Positions 6,869 to 18,819 of a DNA stretch of 24,000 bases are shown here, in pieces. The translations under genes were made by a program, and so were the position numbers. Location: positions 1-24,000 of the forward strand of contig NZ_AUCV01000033.1 of NCBI RefSeq assembly GCF_000429945.1. The letters are read 5' to 3'. The notes under the pieces were generated by a model that was not told the origin of the DNA, made no database searches, and was given only the letters and a program-made list of their open reading frames with translations. Source of the stretch: Desulfogranum japonicum DSM 18378 (lineage in GTDB: Bacteria; Desulfobacterota; Desulfobulbia; Desulfobulbales; Desulfobulbaceae). The number at the start of each line of letters is the position of its first letter. Position 1 is the stretch's first letter.

Positions 6869-7125
6869 GTGATCATTGCATCGTTATAAGCAAAAAACCG
6901 TAATAATAAGGGGTTGTGTCGTGGGTCCGTTTGGGCTCCAACACCTCCTGTATAGACTGGTCTCCCTAAAGGCTCAATGAAGCCAAGTTAGCGATATCTC
7001 ATTGTCGCAATGAAGAGACGGGTTGTGTGAACAAGCAAGAGCTTTTTTTTCTCTCTTTACTGTCAACATCTGCTCTTGTCAATCTTATCGGAGGGTTACC
7101 CTGTGGGGAGGGAACAAAGAATGGA

Positions 7126-7172
7126 AAGGGCCTGATGTCGGCGATAATGGTTACATCTCGCGTCAGGCCCTT
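7126..7172 (-). terminator. possible terminator hairpin after the 1212-aa gene
   Basis: AAGGGCCTGA (7126-7135) / TCAGGCCCTT (7163-7172) form a 10-bp stem around a 27-nt loop, 16 nt past the stop. The minus-strand tail TCCATTCTTTG is only weakly U-rich. Confidence 0.3.
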
Positions 7173-7187
7173 GCAGGCTGAGTGAAA

Positions 7188-10100
7188 TTAAAATGTCACA
7201 ATTTCAGTCTTATACATGAGCGAAGGCAACTCGTTTTGCCATGCATTACCCCCAAGATCCCTGGCCAGTTTTTCAGCAAGATGCTCGGGATGAATATTCA
7301 GGTGACTGTTTCTGCTCAGGCCTGAGATGCATGACGGACAATTGGTAAGAATAGTACTCGCCTGCATATGTTTACGTGCCTCGCTGATGGCATCGCCTTT
7401 TTTGATTAACATGGCGCCAGATATGTCTGGCCTGGACAGGGCCATGGTGCCTGCTTCAGAGCAGCAGTAAGGAACTGCTTCCACAGTATGTCCAAGTTGT
7501 CTTATGATGGATACGCCCTGACCTTCCATGGAATCATGACAGGGGGTATGGTACAGGTACTCAGAGGCGTTATCTTTTGAAAAGAGAGTAGTATTTTTTT
7601 CTACAGCGTATCTGGAGACGTCTTTGATCGGGCAATCAAAGATATCTTCAACACCTATCTCATGGAGTGATTCCTTACAGGTACCACAACTGATCACAAA
7701 CGCGTCAAAGTTGATATAGCCCAGCATGTCACGAATTTGACTGAGAATAATAGTGTCACGCAAACTGATTTCACCATGCATAGCCTGTTTGGCATTGACT
7801 TTGGCTGGGAAACCGCAGCACAGGAATGGAGGTGGCAAAACAACACGAACCTGGGCTTTGAGCAGGATATACAGTGCGGCCATGGAAATATCAGCGTAAA
7901 GTCGTTCTGAACCGCATCCAGGGAAATAGAAGACCGTTGTATTAACGCTTTCCTTGGGCTGTATGAGGAGCGTTTCACTATTGGAAGTTGCTGGCAGAAT
8001 ATCGCGCAACGTTCCCTTTGAAGCCCTTGCCATGGGTGACTGGAGGAGTTGCAGACTCTTCACGTGGCTGATGGTTTCCTGCGGCAGTTTTTGAGCCATC
8101 GGAGAAAGTTTTCTCTGCACGGCAGCCCCCCATTCCACCACACTCTTTCGAAATACAGCATTAAAGGTTTTATTCCTGTTTTTGAGATACTGCAGAGAAA
8201 GGACTGTTTGCACAGGAGAGTGTTTGTAGCCCAAGTCCTGGAGAATTTGACGCTCCAGGATAGAAACCTCTGCCGTGTCTATATCTACCGGGCAAGGGGG
8301 CAGACATTTCCTGCACATCGTACAGTGATCAGCCACTTCTTCAAGATATTTGAGCTGATTGAAGCGCGGAAATCGGGAACGCTGCATATCGTACAGCAAG
8401 GCTTCAATCAACGCACCTATGACCAGGTTTTTGTTCCTTGGGTGAAAGAAAAGGTTAGTCCCGGGATGGAAAACACAGCAGTCAGCTTTACATTTTCCAC
8501 AGCGAATACACCGGGAAATCTTTGAAGACAGGGTTTCAAGGGAACCGTACTGTAGAATCCTGGCCTCCAGCTCAAGGAGATTGAAAGATGGTGTGAATAC
8601 TTTTTCAATGATATTGGAATCTTCCAGCTTTCCGGGGTTCATAAGACCCTGAGGGTCAATTTTTTTTCTGTATGCTGTCAATTCGTTGACACGTTGCTCA
8701 TCCAGAAATTTCATCTTGGTGATGCCTATGCCGTGTTCGCCGCTGACGACGCCTCCCAGGGCAACAGCTTTTTCCATGATGTCTTCCGCAGTTTTTTCAG
8801 CACGCTGCATCATGTAGCGATCATTGGAAAAAACAGGAATGTTAACATGCACGTTGCCATCTCCAGCATGCATGTGGGTGGCAATTATGATTCTTCTTTT
8901 GCGAACATCTTTGTAAATCTGTTCGATATTGGAGCTGACCCGTTTATATCCTCGAAACAATTCCAGGAGTTCAACCTTCAACCCATTGATATATGTATCA
9001 ATGCGTATGGCATCTCTACCACCGGCCTGGAGGTTGCTGATGGCCTGCATGCAGAGTTCATCTGCTTTGGGTTTTTTGGCTTCCAGCCAGTCAGGGTCTT
9101 CTATGGGCCCAGCTATTTCAAGGTAGGCGAGGATCTCGTGAATAATCCGTTCTTTGTTGTGGATGTCCTCATCCATATTGTAAGCATCCACAAAGCGGGC
9201 AAATTCAGCCAGCGCAGGCAACGGTAGCACGATGTCTTCGTTGAGTTTAAAAGCATTGGTCCGGGCAGCTATGGCACCAAGGCGTTTACGGTCCCGCCAG
9301 AAACGTACAGCTTCGTCATTGTCTTTTGCAATAAAGACTTCGGTGTTCACATAGGATTCGAGCAGTCTGGTCAGCCGTTCCTTGCCGTGTTTTATCTGGT
9401 CGTCTGTATGGGCGACCATATCTATTAACAGAACAGCTTTGGGTGTCGTGGAACGGGCGGCCTTGACTTTGTAGTCAATGGCTTTGATGTATTCATCATC
9501 AAAATGTTCCAAAGCCATAAGAGCTTCTTCACCCTGGTTGGTGAATTCCTCAGATATTTCAACTATGACCCTGCTGGCCTCATCCATGTCAGCGCCAAAG
9601 AATTCGAGGCAGAAGGTGGTTTTTTTCTCATATGCGCGGTAAAGAACGAACTCAGCAGAAGTGATAATACCGTCAGTTCCTTCTTTCTGTACACCAGGTA
9701 AACCTTTCAGCGCTTTGTTTGTAATATCCTTCCAGAGACCTTTTTTGCGAATCTCATCGCCTTGCAGTTCAATGCGCTGGAGTAAGGTGTCATGTTCATC
9801 GGTTATGTTAAATACTACCGAATCATCAGGAAGGATTTTTCGTAACGGATGGCCTTCGCGGCGCACCTGCAACAGGCCAGCTCCTGGCATGGCAATTTTG
9901 TATGAGAGAATATTGTCAATTGCGGTTCCCCAGAGGACCGCTGTCTTGCCGCCAGCATTTTCTGCAATATTGCCACCAATGGTGGATGCCCAGGCGCTGG
10001 TCGGATCTGTGGCGAAAACCAGGTTGGCTTTGTCCGCATATGCCATGGCATCCTGGGTTATGACTCCTGATTCAAGGCAGAGGACAGGCGTGGTTTGAAC

Positions 10101-10826
10101 CGTGCCGTCAGCCTGGGTGAGATCTTGTTCATGTATAGGGAAAATTCGGTTGAGTTTTTCCGTATTAATGATCACACAGTCTCCCCGGACAGGCACACTG
10201 CCTCCTGTGAGTCCCGTACCACCGCCCCGGGGTATAATGTGCAAGTGGAGATCTGCAATGGCATCCATGAGTGGTGCGACCTGTGCTTCTGTCTCAGGCC
10301 GCAGAACAGCTATGGGTAGAAACAGACGCCAGTCGGTTGCATCCGTGGCATGGCTGATCAGGGAAAAAGGATCAAAGCATATATTTTCCTTGCCAATGAT
10401 CGGGGCGAGTTTTTTCTTGATATCTTCCCTACGTTTCGGCGTCCCGCTGATGTTTTCCCGCAACAGGGTCAGTTGCTGTCTGCACAGGTCCACCAGGTTG
10501 ACCACCTTTGTACTTCGTTCAGATGTCACGCTCACCTTTTGGGCAGTTGACTCTATAATGGCAAGGTCAGTTTCTGCGGTTTTGAAAAAAGAGCGTCTTC
10601 GCTTTGGTGAGTCGATCAGTTCCTGGTAAAGAAAGGGGTTTCTATGCAGGATAAACAGATCACCCATAAAACGCATTACCAACCGTGCCGATCTGCCGGT
10701 AACCCTTTGACTCCGCAGCTCTTCGAGATCTTCCCACACCGAAGGGCCGAAGAGTTGGTTTATGATCAGTCGGTCATCGGCAGAGGTGAAATTATACGGG
10801 ATTTCGCGGTAGTCTTTTTTGCTCAT
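7188..10826 (-). CDS. FAD-linked oxidase fused to 2x[4Fe-4S] ferredoxin and two CCG (cysteine-rich) domains, with N-terminal extension (YdiJ / GlcD-GlcF fusion type 2-hydroxyacid dehydrogenase)
   Basis: 1212 aa. FAD-binding motif IIPRGGGTGLTGGSVP. Oxidase C-terminal motif GVVSGEHGIGITK. Ferredoxin motifs CIRCGKCKADCCVFHP and CTMCRKCLPPCPVD. CCG-type motifs PGCGSE...LCCGFP and HTPCHD...YCCSEAG...NCPSC. Confidence 0.9.
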   Translation of the reverse strand: MSKKDYREIPYNFTSADDRLIINQLFGPSVWEDLEELRSQRVTGRSARLVMRFMGDLFILHRNPFLYQELIDSPKRRRSFFKTAETDLAIIESTAQKVSVTSERSTKVVNLVDLCRQQLTLLRENISGTPKRREDIKKKLAPIIGKENICFDPFSLISHATDATDWRLFLPIAVLRPETEAQVAPLMDAIADLHLHIIPRGGGTGLTGGSVPVRGDCVIINTEKLNRIFPIHEQDLTQADGTVQTTPVLCLESGVITQDAMAYADKANLVFATDPTSAWASTIGGNIAENAGGKTAVLWGTAIDNILSYKIAMPGAGLLQVRREGHPLRKILPDDSVVFNITDEHDTLLQRIELQGDEIRKKGLWKDITNKALKGLPGVQKEGTDGIITSAEFVLYRAYEKKTTFCLEFFGADMDEASRVIVEISEEFTNQGEEALMALEHFDDEYIKAIDYKVKAARSTTPKAVLLIDMVAHTDDQIKHGKERLTRLLESYVNTEVFIAKDNDEAVRFWRDRKRLGAIAARTNAFKLNEDIVLPLPALAEFARFVDAYNMDEDIHNKERIIHEILAYLEIAGPIEDPDWLEAKKPKADELCMQAISNLQAGGRDAIRIDTYINGLKVELLELFRGYKRVSSNIEQIYKDVRKRRIIIATHMHAGDGNVHVNIPVFSNDRYMMQRAEKTAEDIMEKAVALGGVVSGEHGIGITKMKFLDEQRVNELTAYRKKIDPQGLMNPGKLEDSNIIEKVFTPSFNLLELEARILQYGSLETLSSKISRCIRCGKCKADCCVFHPGTNLFFHPRNKNLVIGALIEALLYDMQRSRFPRFNQLKYLEEVADHCTMCRKCLPPCPVDIDTAEVSILERQILQDLGYKHSPVQTVLSLQYLKNRNKTFNAVFRKSVVEWGAAVQRKLSPMAQKLPQETISHVKSLQLLQSPMARASKGTLRDILPATSNSETLLIQPKESVNTTVFYFPGCGSERLYADISMAALYILLKAQVRVVLPPPFLCCGFPAKVNAKQAMHGEISLRDTIILSQIRDMLGYINFDAFVISCGTCKESLHEIGVEDIFDCPIKDVSRYAVEKNTTLFSKDNASEYLYHTPCHDSMEGQGVSIIRQLGHTVEAVPYCCSEAGTMALSRPDISGAMLIKKGDAISEARKHMQASTILTNCPSCISGLSRNSHLNIHPEHLAEKLARDLGGNAWQNELPSLMYKTEIVTF

Positions 10827-11209
10827 GATCTTGCTTCAGTTCAATAAATGTGGATAAGATGAGATAAAATACTGCGTTTCGTTAAACTCTTTCGGCTTTC
10901 TGGAATGAGAGACGATCAGGGGTGAACTGCTGAACATCCGGAAGAGAGTATCTGAGGGCAGAATACTTCCCAAAAATCAGAGGAATGGTCATTGCATATG
11001 GCAGATTGGTTACTCACACTGTACAGCACTGGTTGTTCAAATAAAAAAAGATATGGAAGCCCATACCTTTGAGAGTATTGCATTGATTGAGCCCTATCGA
11101 CTTTATGTTTGGGACTAATTATCCATAGTCTACGCCTGCTGACACAAAAATGCTATCAGAATCCGTACTAATCATAAAAAAAAATGATGAATGAAGGGAG
11201 GAGACATCA

Positions 11210-11719
11210 ATGGCAGAGATAACTATTCGAGTAGGGGATATTACCAAAGAAGATGTGGATGCCATCGTCAATGCTGCAAACAATTCATTGCTGGGAGGCG
11301 GCGGTGTGGATGGCGCTATACATCGGGCTGCAGGGCCTGAATTACTTGCAGCCTGTGTTCCTCTAGGTGGATGCCCAACAGGAAAGGCTAAAATGACCAG
11401 TGGTTTTAACCTGCCTGCCAGATACATTATCCATACCGTTGGCCCTATATGGCGGGGTGGGGAACAGGGAGAGGCTGAACTTCTTCGTTCCTGTTACCTC
11501 CACTGCTTGCAGCTGGCTGAAGACAATGGTTTGAAAACCATTGCCTTTCCGGCAATCAGTTGCGGGGTTTACGGTTATCCCCTGGATCAGGCGTGTGGTA
11601 TTGCCTGCAGGACGGTCAAAGAGAGCCTGGAGAGCAGCACCTGTATCGAGGAAGTGCGTTTCATCTGCTTCAACGATGCCATAGAAAAGGCTTATCGCAA
11701 AGCCATGGCTCAATCATAG
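11210..11719 (+). CDS. ymdB: macro domain protein, O-acetyl-ADP-ribose deacetylase (YmdB type)
   Basis: 169 aa. [48 protein letters not shown] and [13 protein letters not shown] closely match the E. coli YmdB/macro signature as I recall it. GGGAGGAG RBS. Confidence 0.9.
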   Translation: MAEITIRVGDITKEDVDAIVNAANNSLLGGGGVDGAIHRAAGPELLAACVPLGGCPTGKAKMTSGFNLPARYIIHTVGPIWRGGEQGEAELLRSCYLHCLQLAEDNGLKTIAFPAISCGVYGYPLDQACGIACRTVKESLESSTCIEEVRFICFNDAIEKAYRKAMAQS

Positions 11720-13407
11720 AGCTCCGCGAGGGGTTCCTTGGTGTTCTGGTGTTTGTGAAGTGAAGCCTTGCGTAACGCGACCCAGGATTTATACAGGGCA
11801 TCACCGTCCCATGGCTGTTCGGGGCGAGTGGCACTGTAAAGATAACGGTTGAGTAAGGTTTTTTGTCGTTTATATTCAGCCAATTCCTGGCTGGCAGTTT
11901 CCTTCATTGCAGGTGTGATGAGATCCGCTTCTTCTCCAAGCAGCTGGCGGGCGGCCTCCGCATCACCCTGCTGACAGACTTGTTTTAATTGTCTGCCAAG
12001 CTTGTCGTTGCTGGATTTGGAGTGCTCTTTGGACCTGGTAACCTGGGAGATTCGTTTTTTAGACCGCAGCAGAAACAGTCCTGTTGCTGCCCAGCCGGTT
12101 GCCAGCAGACAACTGATCCAGAACCAGTATTCGTGTTCTTTCCAGGATCGGGGCGCAACTGCAAGGGTGGCAGGAGCACTTGGGCTGTTAGCTTGTATGG
12201 AGCTTGCTTCTTCCTTTGGAGGAGTTGATTCCTGCACACCGGGTGTCGGTAGAACCTGCAGATCGGCACCCTTAATGGTAAGAGTCTCGGGTGCATCTTT
12301 TTGAATGTTCCAGTAAGAAATAGTGAGAGGTGCAATGGAGTATGTTCCTTCACCGGGAGCAATAAACGTTATTTTCTTTTCCACTGTTCCACTGATTCCC
12401 TGGGAGGTGCTTGTGTCTTTCCACTGGGGTTGATCACTATAGGTTCGCAATTTGCCATCGGATTGCAGCTGTGGATCAGGGAGAAATTTGGCGAGGCTGT
12501 TTTGTGCTGTAAGTCGAATGGTCGCTGTAACCGGCGTACCTGCCTGGATTTTTTCAAGGGGGGCAGACCAATCCAGCGAACCCTTGAGTTCCCGTGCTGC
12601 CAGCCATGGTGCAGGTGCGTTCTCGGGTATGGGACGGATAGTGAATTGTATGGGAGCAGAGTGGACTCTTTTGGTTGGTCCACGCTGGCTGAATGGATCG
12701 AAAAAAGAGTTTCTGCTGCCTACCGTCCCTTCAAAGCGAATTGAGGGAATAGTCATGGAACCGGGTTTCTCTGGAAAAAGCGCGTAACGGCGCTCAATAA
12801 CCTGATAATTGCGAGCCCCCCTGGTGGTGGTGTATTGTTTGTCTTCTCCCAGTTTTTTAATGGTAACATCATCCATGGTTGGCTCAGAGAGAGCCCCCTG
12901 GGATAAGGGAAGGCCAATAAACAAGCGTACACTCAACAGTACCTGCGAATGGACATATGGATCATTGGGAGTAGCTTCAACCTCAAGATACAGATTTTTG
13001 TCTTTTTCGTTCTGTTGGGATGTTGCCAGTTTGACGATCAGTTCAATGCCGTTACTACGCTCTTTCCCGACCTGAATGGGAGGTATCTGTAGTAAACCTG
13101 TAGTCTTGGGCATGAGACTGAGTTGATATCTGCGCGAATAACTGGTGCTCCCGTTTATCACCTGCATATTGGTGCTGCTGCTGCGATTGAGAATTTCAAA
13201 TTGTTCTTCCAGCGGTGTCCAGTCTGGTTCCTCCCGGCCTGGATTTTCAATGATCAGCGTATATGTAACTGACTCGTTTTCTGTCACAGGGTTGCGGTCC
13301 ACCTGGGCAGTTATTGTGGCAGAGAAGGCCGGAACAGAAGACAATATCCACAAAAGAAAGAAAACCGGGATATGGTTGAACAGAAATATTTTTTTGTAAT
13401 TCTTCAC
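11710..13407 (-). CDS. batD: BatD-family (oxygen tolerance) protein
   Basis: 565 aa with a GTG start and a signal peptide ([15 protein letters not shown]). N-terminal [21 protein letters not shown] is typical of BatD. Late TM helix ([21 protein letters not shown]). Last gene of the MoxR/VWA operon. Confidence 0.8.
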   Translation of the reverse strand: MKNYKKIFLFNHIPVFFLLWILSSVPAFSATITAQVDRNPVTENESVTYTLIIENPGREEPDWTPLEEQFEILNRSSSTNMQVINGSTSYSRRYQLSLMPKTTGLLQIPPIQVGKERSNGIELIVKLATSQQNEKDKNLYLEVEATPNDPYVHSQVLLSVRLFIGLPLSQGALSEPTMDDVTIKKLGEDKQYTTTRGARNYQVIERRYALFPEKPGSMTIPSIRFEGTVGSRNSFFDPFSQRGPTKRVHSAPIQFTIRPIPENAPAPWLAARELKGSLDWSAPLEKIQAGTPVTATIRLTAQNSLAKFLPDPQLQSDGKLRTYSDQPQWKDTSTSQGISGTVEKKITFIAPGEGTYSIAPLTISYWNIQKDAPETLTIKGADLQVLPTPGVQESTPPKEEASSIQANSPSAPATLAVAPRSWKEHEYWFWISCLLATGWAATGLFLLRSKKRISQVTRSKEHSKSSNDKLGRQLKQVCQQGDAEAARQLLGEEADLITPAMKETASQELAEYKRQKTLLNRYLYSATRPEQPWDGDALYKSWVALRKASLHKHQNTKEPLAELYD

Positions 13408-13448
13408 GGGATATATTACGGGCTCTTTTTGCGTTCTGTAATTACGTT

Positions 13449-13523
13449 TTAGAGGTGCGGAAAATAATAACCATTCAAAAATTGCGCAGGATATTGGATC
13501 ATTTATTTTTTCCGCAGCCCTTA
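13449..13523 (-). repeat. nested-palindrome MITE-like repeat, copy C (short, internally deleted, inverted orientation)
   Basis: The reverse complement TAAGGGCTGCGGAAAAAATAAATGATCCAAT|ATCCTGCGCAATTTTTGAATGGTTATTATTTTCCGCACCTCTAA aligns at about 75% to both ends of copy A, with the central ~97 bp missing. Lies between the batB/C stop (13528) and the batD start (13407). Confidence 0.6.
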
Positions 13524-13527
13524 CTTT

Positions 13528-15323
<1,796 letters not shown>

Positions 15324-15327
<4 letters not shown>

Positions 15328-16304
15328 GACGTCGCTTTCCTGAAAAAGAGCAGTAAGGCGAAGAGAACGGCCAGGCTCAAGGGGATATAATGCAGGGATC
15401 GTTCCGGACGATACCACTGCTCATCCGCTGCGATCGGCTCAATGGTATCGATTAAGCGATACACTTCTTCAAGTTCCTTACTGTTTTTTGCCCGAAAATA
15501 CTTGCCATTGGTTGTGGCTGCAATGGCCTGAAGTGTCTTTTCATCCAGATCCCTGGAAGGATTGACGCTCCGGCGGCCAAAGAGTGTAGAGACGGTCATT
15601 TCCTCTGAGCCAACACCTATGGTGTAGACGGTTATGTTCTCCTGTGCTGCAAATTGCGCCGCTTCAATGGGGTCCACCGCACCAGCAGTATTGGCTCCAT
15701 CCGTCAGCAGGATAAGAACCCTGTGCTCTGCCGGCATCTCACGCAGCTGTTTTACGGCCAGGCCAATGGCGTCGCCGATGGCTGTCTTGTCACCTGCCAG
15801 GCCGATGGCTGATTCATCGAGAAATGCCTGGACCGTGGATCGGTCAAAGGTGAGTGGTGCCTGAACATATGGCTGGCTGCCAAAAAGAATCAGACCAATG
15901 CGGTCACCCTTACGACGTTCCAGGAAATCACCCGCTACGGCTTTGGTGGCCTGGAGACGATTCACCTGGGATGAACCAAGGGTAAAATCTTCAACCTCCA
16001 TTGACCCTGAAAGGTCAATAGCAAGAAACATGTCGCGTCCGTTGAGTTGCAGGGCCACGGGTTCTCCCTGCCAGATAGGGCGTGCCGCTGCAGCTACCAG
16101 ACTGATCCAGCAGACTGTGAGAAGAAAAAGGGTGCCCCAGGAAAGAGTGGAACTGTGTATTTCTGCCTCCTCAAAATCAGTCAGAAAGGGGACCTGCAGC
16201 ATGGCTGTATCCGGTTCATGTTGATGGCCTGGCCAGTATTTGACAATGACCAGTGGCACGGGAAGCAGTAAAAATACCCACGGCCAGCTGAACTGCAACA
16301 TCAT
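15324..16304 (-). CDS. batA: BatA-like membrane-anchored von Willebrand factor A domain protein
   Basis: 326 aa. N-terminus MLQFSWPWVFLLLPVPLVIV. MIDAS motif AIDLSGSMEVED. LILLTDGANTAG. C-terminal TM helix. Start overlaps the upstream stop as ATGA (16301-16304). Confidence 0.85.
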
Positions 16305-16843
16305 TCTCTCCAGGTTTTTGCAGGAAGGGCTTTAATCCATGAGAGACATGCCGTATACAGAGCGTCTCTATCCAATACGGAAACCGATCTGTCATACGTG
16401 GCACGCAACAGTTGTTGTCCTGTCTCATTATGAAAGAAGCTTTGCTTCTGTTCAGGACCGTACGCACAATTATCCAGAAAATGCAGCCATTCTTCCCCCA
16501 CAAGGTGGATGCCGGGATTTTCAGGAAAACGGGATTTGCAGATGCGACGCAGCAGTATGGATGTTTGTTTGGCCAGGAGATGCGGAGAGGTTTCCTGGGC
16601 AGTGTTTTGGAATATTGAGTCCAAAAGAGTCATGGCTTTGTCCCTCCAGGCTTCCTGTTGCTTTTTTTCGGTCATATAGAAAAAAAAGAGAATACAGGTC
16701 AGGCCAAGGGCAAGTATAGCCCACCATCCTGGCGCAAGTGGCCACCATGAAACAGGATCGGGCATATGGTAACCGCGCAGGGGCAGGGCATAAGAGTCTC
16801 CTGTCATGAGGAAATCAGGCATGTGCAGTAGTGCTCTATTCAT
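16301..16843 (-). CDS. DUF4381-type membrane protein of MoxR/VWA operons
   Basis: 180 aa. MPDPVSWWPLAPGWWAILALGLTCILFFF matches the characteristic PxPVSWWPxAPGWW plus TM motif of this family. ATGA overlap with the DUF58 gene (16840-16843). Confidence 0.75.
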   Translation of the reverse strand: MNRALLHMPDFLMTGDSYALPLRGYHMPDPVSWWPLAPGWWAILALGLTCILFFFYMTEKKQQEAWRDKAMTLLDSIFQNTAQETSPHLLAKQTSILLRRICKSRFPENPGIHLVGEEWLHFLDNCAYGPEQKQSFFHNETGQQLLRATYDRSVSVLDRDALYTACLSWIKALPAKTWRE

Positions 16844-17823
16844 GGATTGGTCCCCCTTTTCTGCATTGGACGCCGAATAAAACCGTGGCGCAGTGTTTCA
16901 ATGGGGTCCTCATGGGTAGGCAAGGGAAGGTAATGGAGGCCATTTTTAAGTGAAAGGGTCTGAAGGTATTGCTGTCGCAAAAAAAATTGCTGTTCATATT
17001 GTTTCCGAAACCTTGAGTTGCCTGTCTGTACATGCATGGTCTGCCGCCCATTGGTTATGGGGAGCTTTCCCTGTTTAGGGAGCGACTGTTCAAAGATGTC
17101 AAAAATATGGCAAAGAATGACGTCATTATGCCGTGATAACTGCCCCACCTCAAGTTCTGTTTCGCTGTCAAAAGCTCTCATGTCGCTAAAGATGAGAATG
17201 AGTCCACCCGGTTTTGCCACTCTGCGCAGTCGTAGAAGCTCCTGTGCCATGAGTCTGTTAGGTGGCCTATGCCGTTCCTTCCAGGCCGGCGCTTCATGAA
17301 TCCTGTGTAAAAAATGGAGCAGTCCTCGCTTGCCTTTTTGAGGACGAATTTCACTGCTTGTATCGCCTAATGCAAGAAGTCCTCCAACTCTGTCGCCAAC
17401 TCGACATGCGTTCCAGGCAACGGCAGCTGCCGTATGGGCGGCAACCACAGATTTGAAAGCACAGCGGGTGGCAAAAAACATAGTTGAGGTGAGATCAATA
17501 TAAAGCAGGACCGCACGTTCACGTTCTTCCTGAAAGATTTTGGAGTGGGGTTTCCCCAGGCGGGCAGTGATTCGCCAGTCCAGGTGCCTGATATCATCAC
17601 CGGGTTGGTACGGTCTGGCTTCGATAAATTCCATGCCACGACCACGAAAAGGAGAACGGTATCCTCCTGCCTGCATACCTGTGATGGCTTGAGACCTGAG
17701 AGGAATGGCTTTGTCGTACTGTTTGTATTGCACCAGGTCAGCAATAGTCACCGTATCGGGACTGGAATAGCGTTTTTTCCACAAGTGGTGCTGTTCAGAG
17801 CGTGTATTAAGAATCGTAGCCAT
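16840..17823 (-). CDS. DUF58 domain protein (MoxR-associated, VWA-like)
   Basis: 327 aa. YQPGDDIRHLDWRITARLGKPHSKIFQEERE is the DUF58 signature. Positioned directly after moxR, as in Bat-type operons. Confidence 0.85.
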   Translation of the reverse strand: MATILNTRSEQHHLWKKRYSSPDTVTIADLVQYKQYDKAIPLRSQAITGMQAGGYRSPFRGRGMEFIEARPYQPGDDIRHLDWRITARLGKPHSKIFQEERERAVLLYIDLTSTMFFATRCAFKSVVAAHTAAAVAWNACRVGDRVGGLLALGDTSSEIRPQKGKRGLLHFLHRIHEAPAWKERHRPPNRLMAQELLRLRRVAKPGGLILIFSDMRAFDSETELEVGQLSRHNDVILCHIFDIFEQSLPKQGKLPITNGRQTMHVQTGNSRFRKQYEQQFFLRQQYLQTLSLKNGLHYLPLPTHEDPIETLRHGFIRRPMQKRGTNP

Positions 17824-17853
17824 GTTTCAACTGCTGGGGTAGCGTGATAGCAT

Positions 17854-18819
17854 TCAGGGAACAGGAACCTGTTCCACCAGAGCCTGGATAACCTGATCTG
17901 GTGTTATTCCTTCGGCCTCAGCTTCGTAGGTCAGCAGCAATCGGTGCCTGAGAACATCAAAGAGGACGTCATGGATATCTTCAGGAGAAACAAAATCTCT
18001 GCCCTGCAACCATGCAACTGCTCTGCTGCAGCGATCCAGGGCAATGGCACCCCTGGGGCTGGCACCGTATTGAATATATGATTTGATACGATCGTCCAGG
18101 TTACCCTTTCCATGGGTCGCCTCAATTAAACGCAACAGGTATTCTTCCAATACATCGGCCATGTATACCTGTAAAACAGATTGCCTGGCTTCGAAAATGG
18201 TTTCCTGGGAGATCTGTACATCCCTGCTGATGGTTTTTTCTCTGTTGCCCGCTTCTTCGCGGGCGAGCTGGAGAATTTTCTTCCCTGCTTCCAGGTCAGG
18301 GTAATCCACAGTGACATGGAGGAGGAAACGATCGAGCTGTGCCTCTGGCAGAGGATATGTGCCTTCCTGTTCAATGGGATTCTGGGTCGCCATGACCAGG
18401 AACAGTTCCGGCAGGGTATAGGTTGTACTGCCAACGGTAATCTGCCTTTCCGCCATGGCTTCGAGGAGTGCAGATTGCACTTTTGCCGGAGCGCGGTTGA
18501 TTTCGTCGGCAAGCACCAGGTTATGGAACAGGGGACCGGGTTGAAATTGGAAAGACCCGTCTTTTGGGAAAAAAATGTCAGTTCCTGTGATATCAGCAGG
18601 CAATAGGTCTGGAGTGAACTGAACTCTGTGAAAATCAGCTTCAATTCCCTGGCTCAGCACACGTACAGCCCTTGTTTTTGCCAGCCCCGGAGCGCCTTCC
18701 ACAAGGAGGTGACCGTCTGCAAGCAGTGCCACCAGTAGCCGTGTGACCAGTTTCTCCTGGCCGATAATTCGGGCTTCAATTGAACTTTTAAGCTGTTGTA
18801 TGTGTTGTGCAGTGTCCAT
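17854..18819 (-). CDS. moxR: MoxR-family AAA+ ATPase
   Basis: 321 aa. Walker A GAPGLAKT. Walker B LVLADEINRAPAKVQSALLEAM. Also ATQNPIEQEGTYPLPEAQLDRF and the C-terminal YGASPRGAIAL lid. Confidence 0.92.
   Translation of the reverse strand: MDTAQHIQQLKSSIEARIIGQEKLVTRLLVALLADGHLLVEGAPGLAKTRAVRVLSQGIEADFHRVQFTPDLLPADITGTDIFFPKDGSFQFQPGPLFHNLVLADEINRAPAKVQSALLEAMAERQITVGSTTYTLPELFLVMATQNPIEQEGTYPLPEAQLDRFLLHVTVDYPDLEAGKKILQLAREEAGNREKTISRDVQISQETIFEARQSVLQVYMADVLEEYLLRLIEATHGKGNLDDRIKSYIQYGASPRGAIALDRCSRAVAWLQGRDFVSPEDIHDVLFDVLRHRLLLTYEAEAEGITPDQVIQALVEQVPVP

Noticed and set aside
674-10826. Numerous 60-180 aa ORFs antisense to or out of frame with the Mo-oxidoreductase, methyltransferase, outer-membrane protein and 1212-aa genes (for example 696-911, 980-1354, 8049-8525, 8694-9227, 10102-10629)
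   Set aside because: They are fully nested in long ORFs that carry clear family motifs. They lack RBSs and have shadow-frame composition.
15328-15417. Track start (15417) of the BatB/C ORF
   Set aside because: It would overlap batA by 94 nt, and the extra 30 residues are not signal- or TM-like. ATG 15327 gives the family-typical N-terminus (MSSLHFLRPWYFLL) and an ATGA junction like the two upstream junctions.
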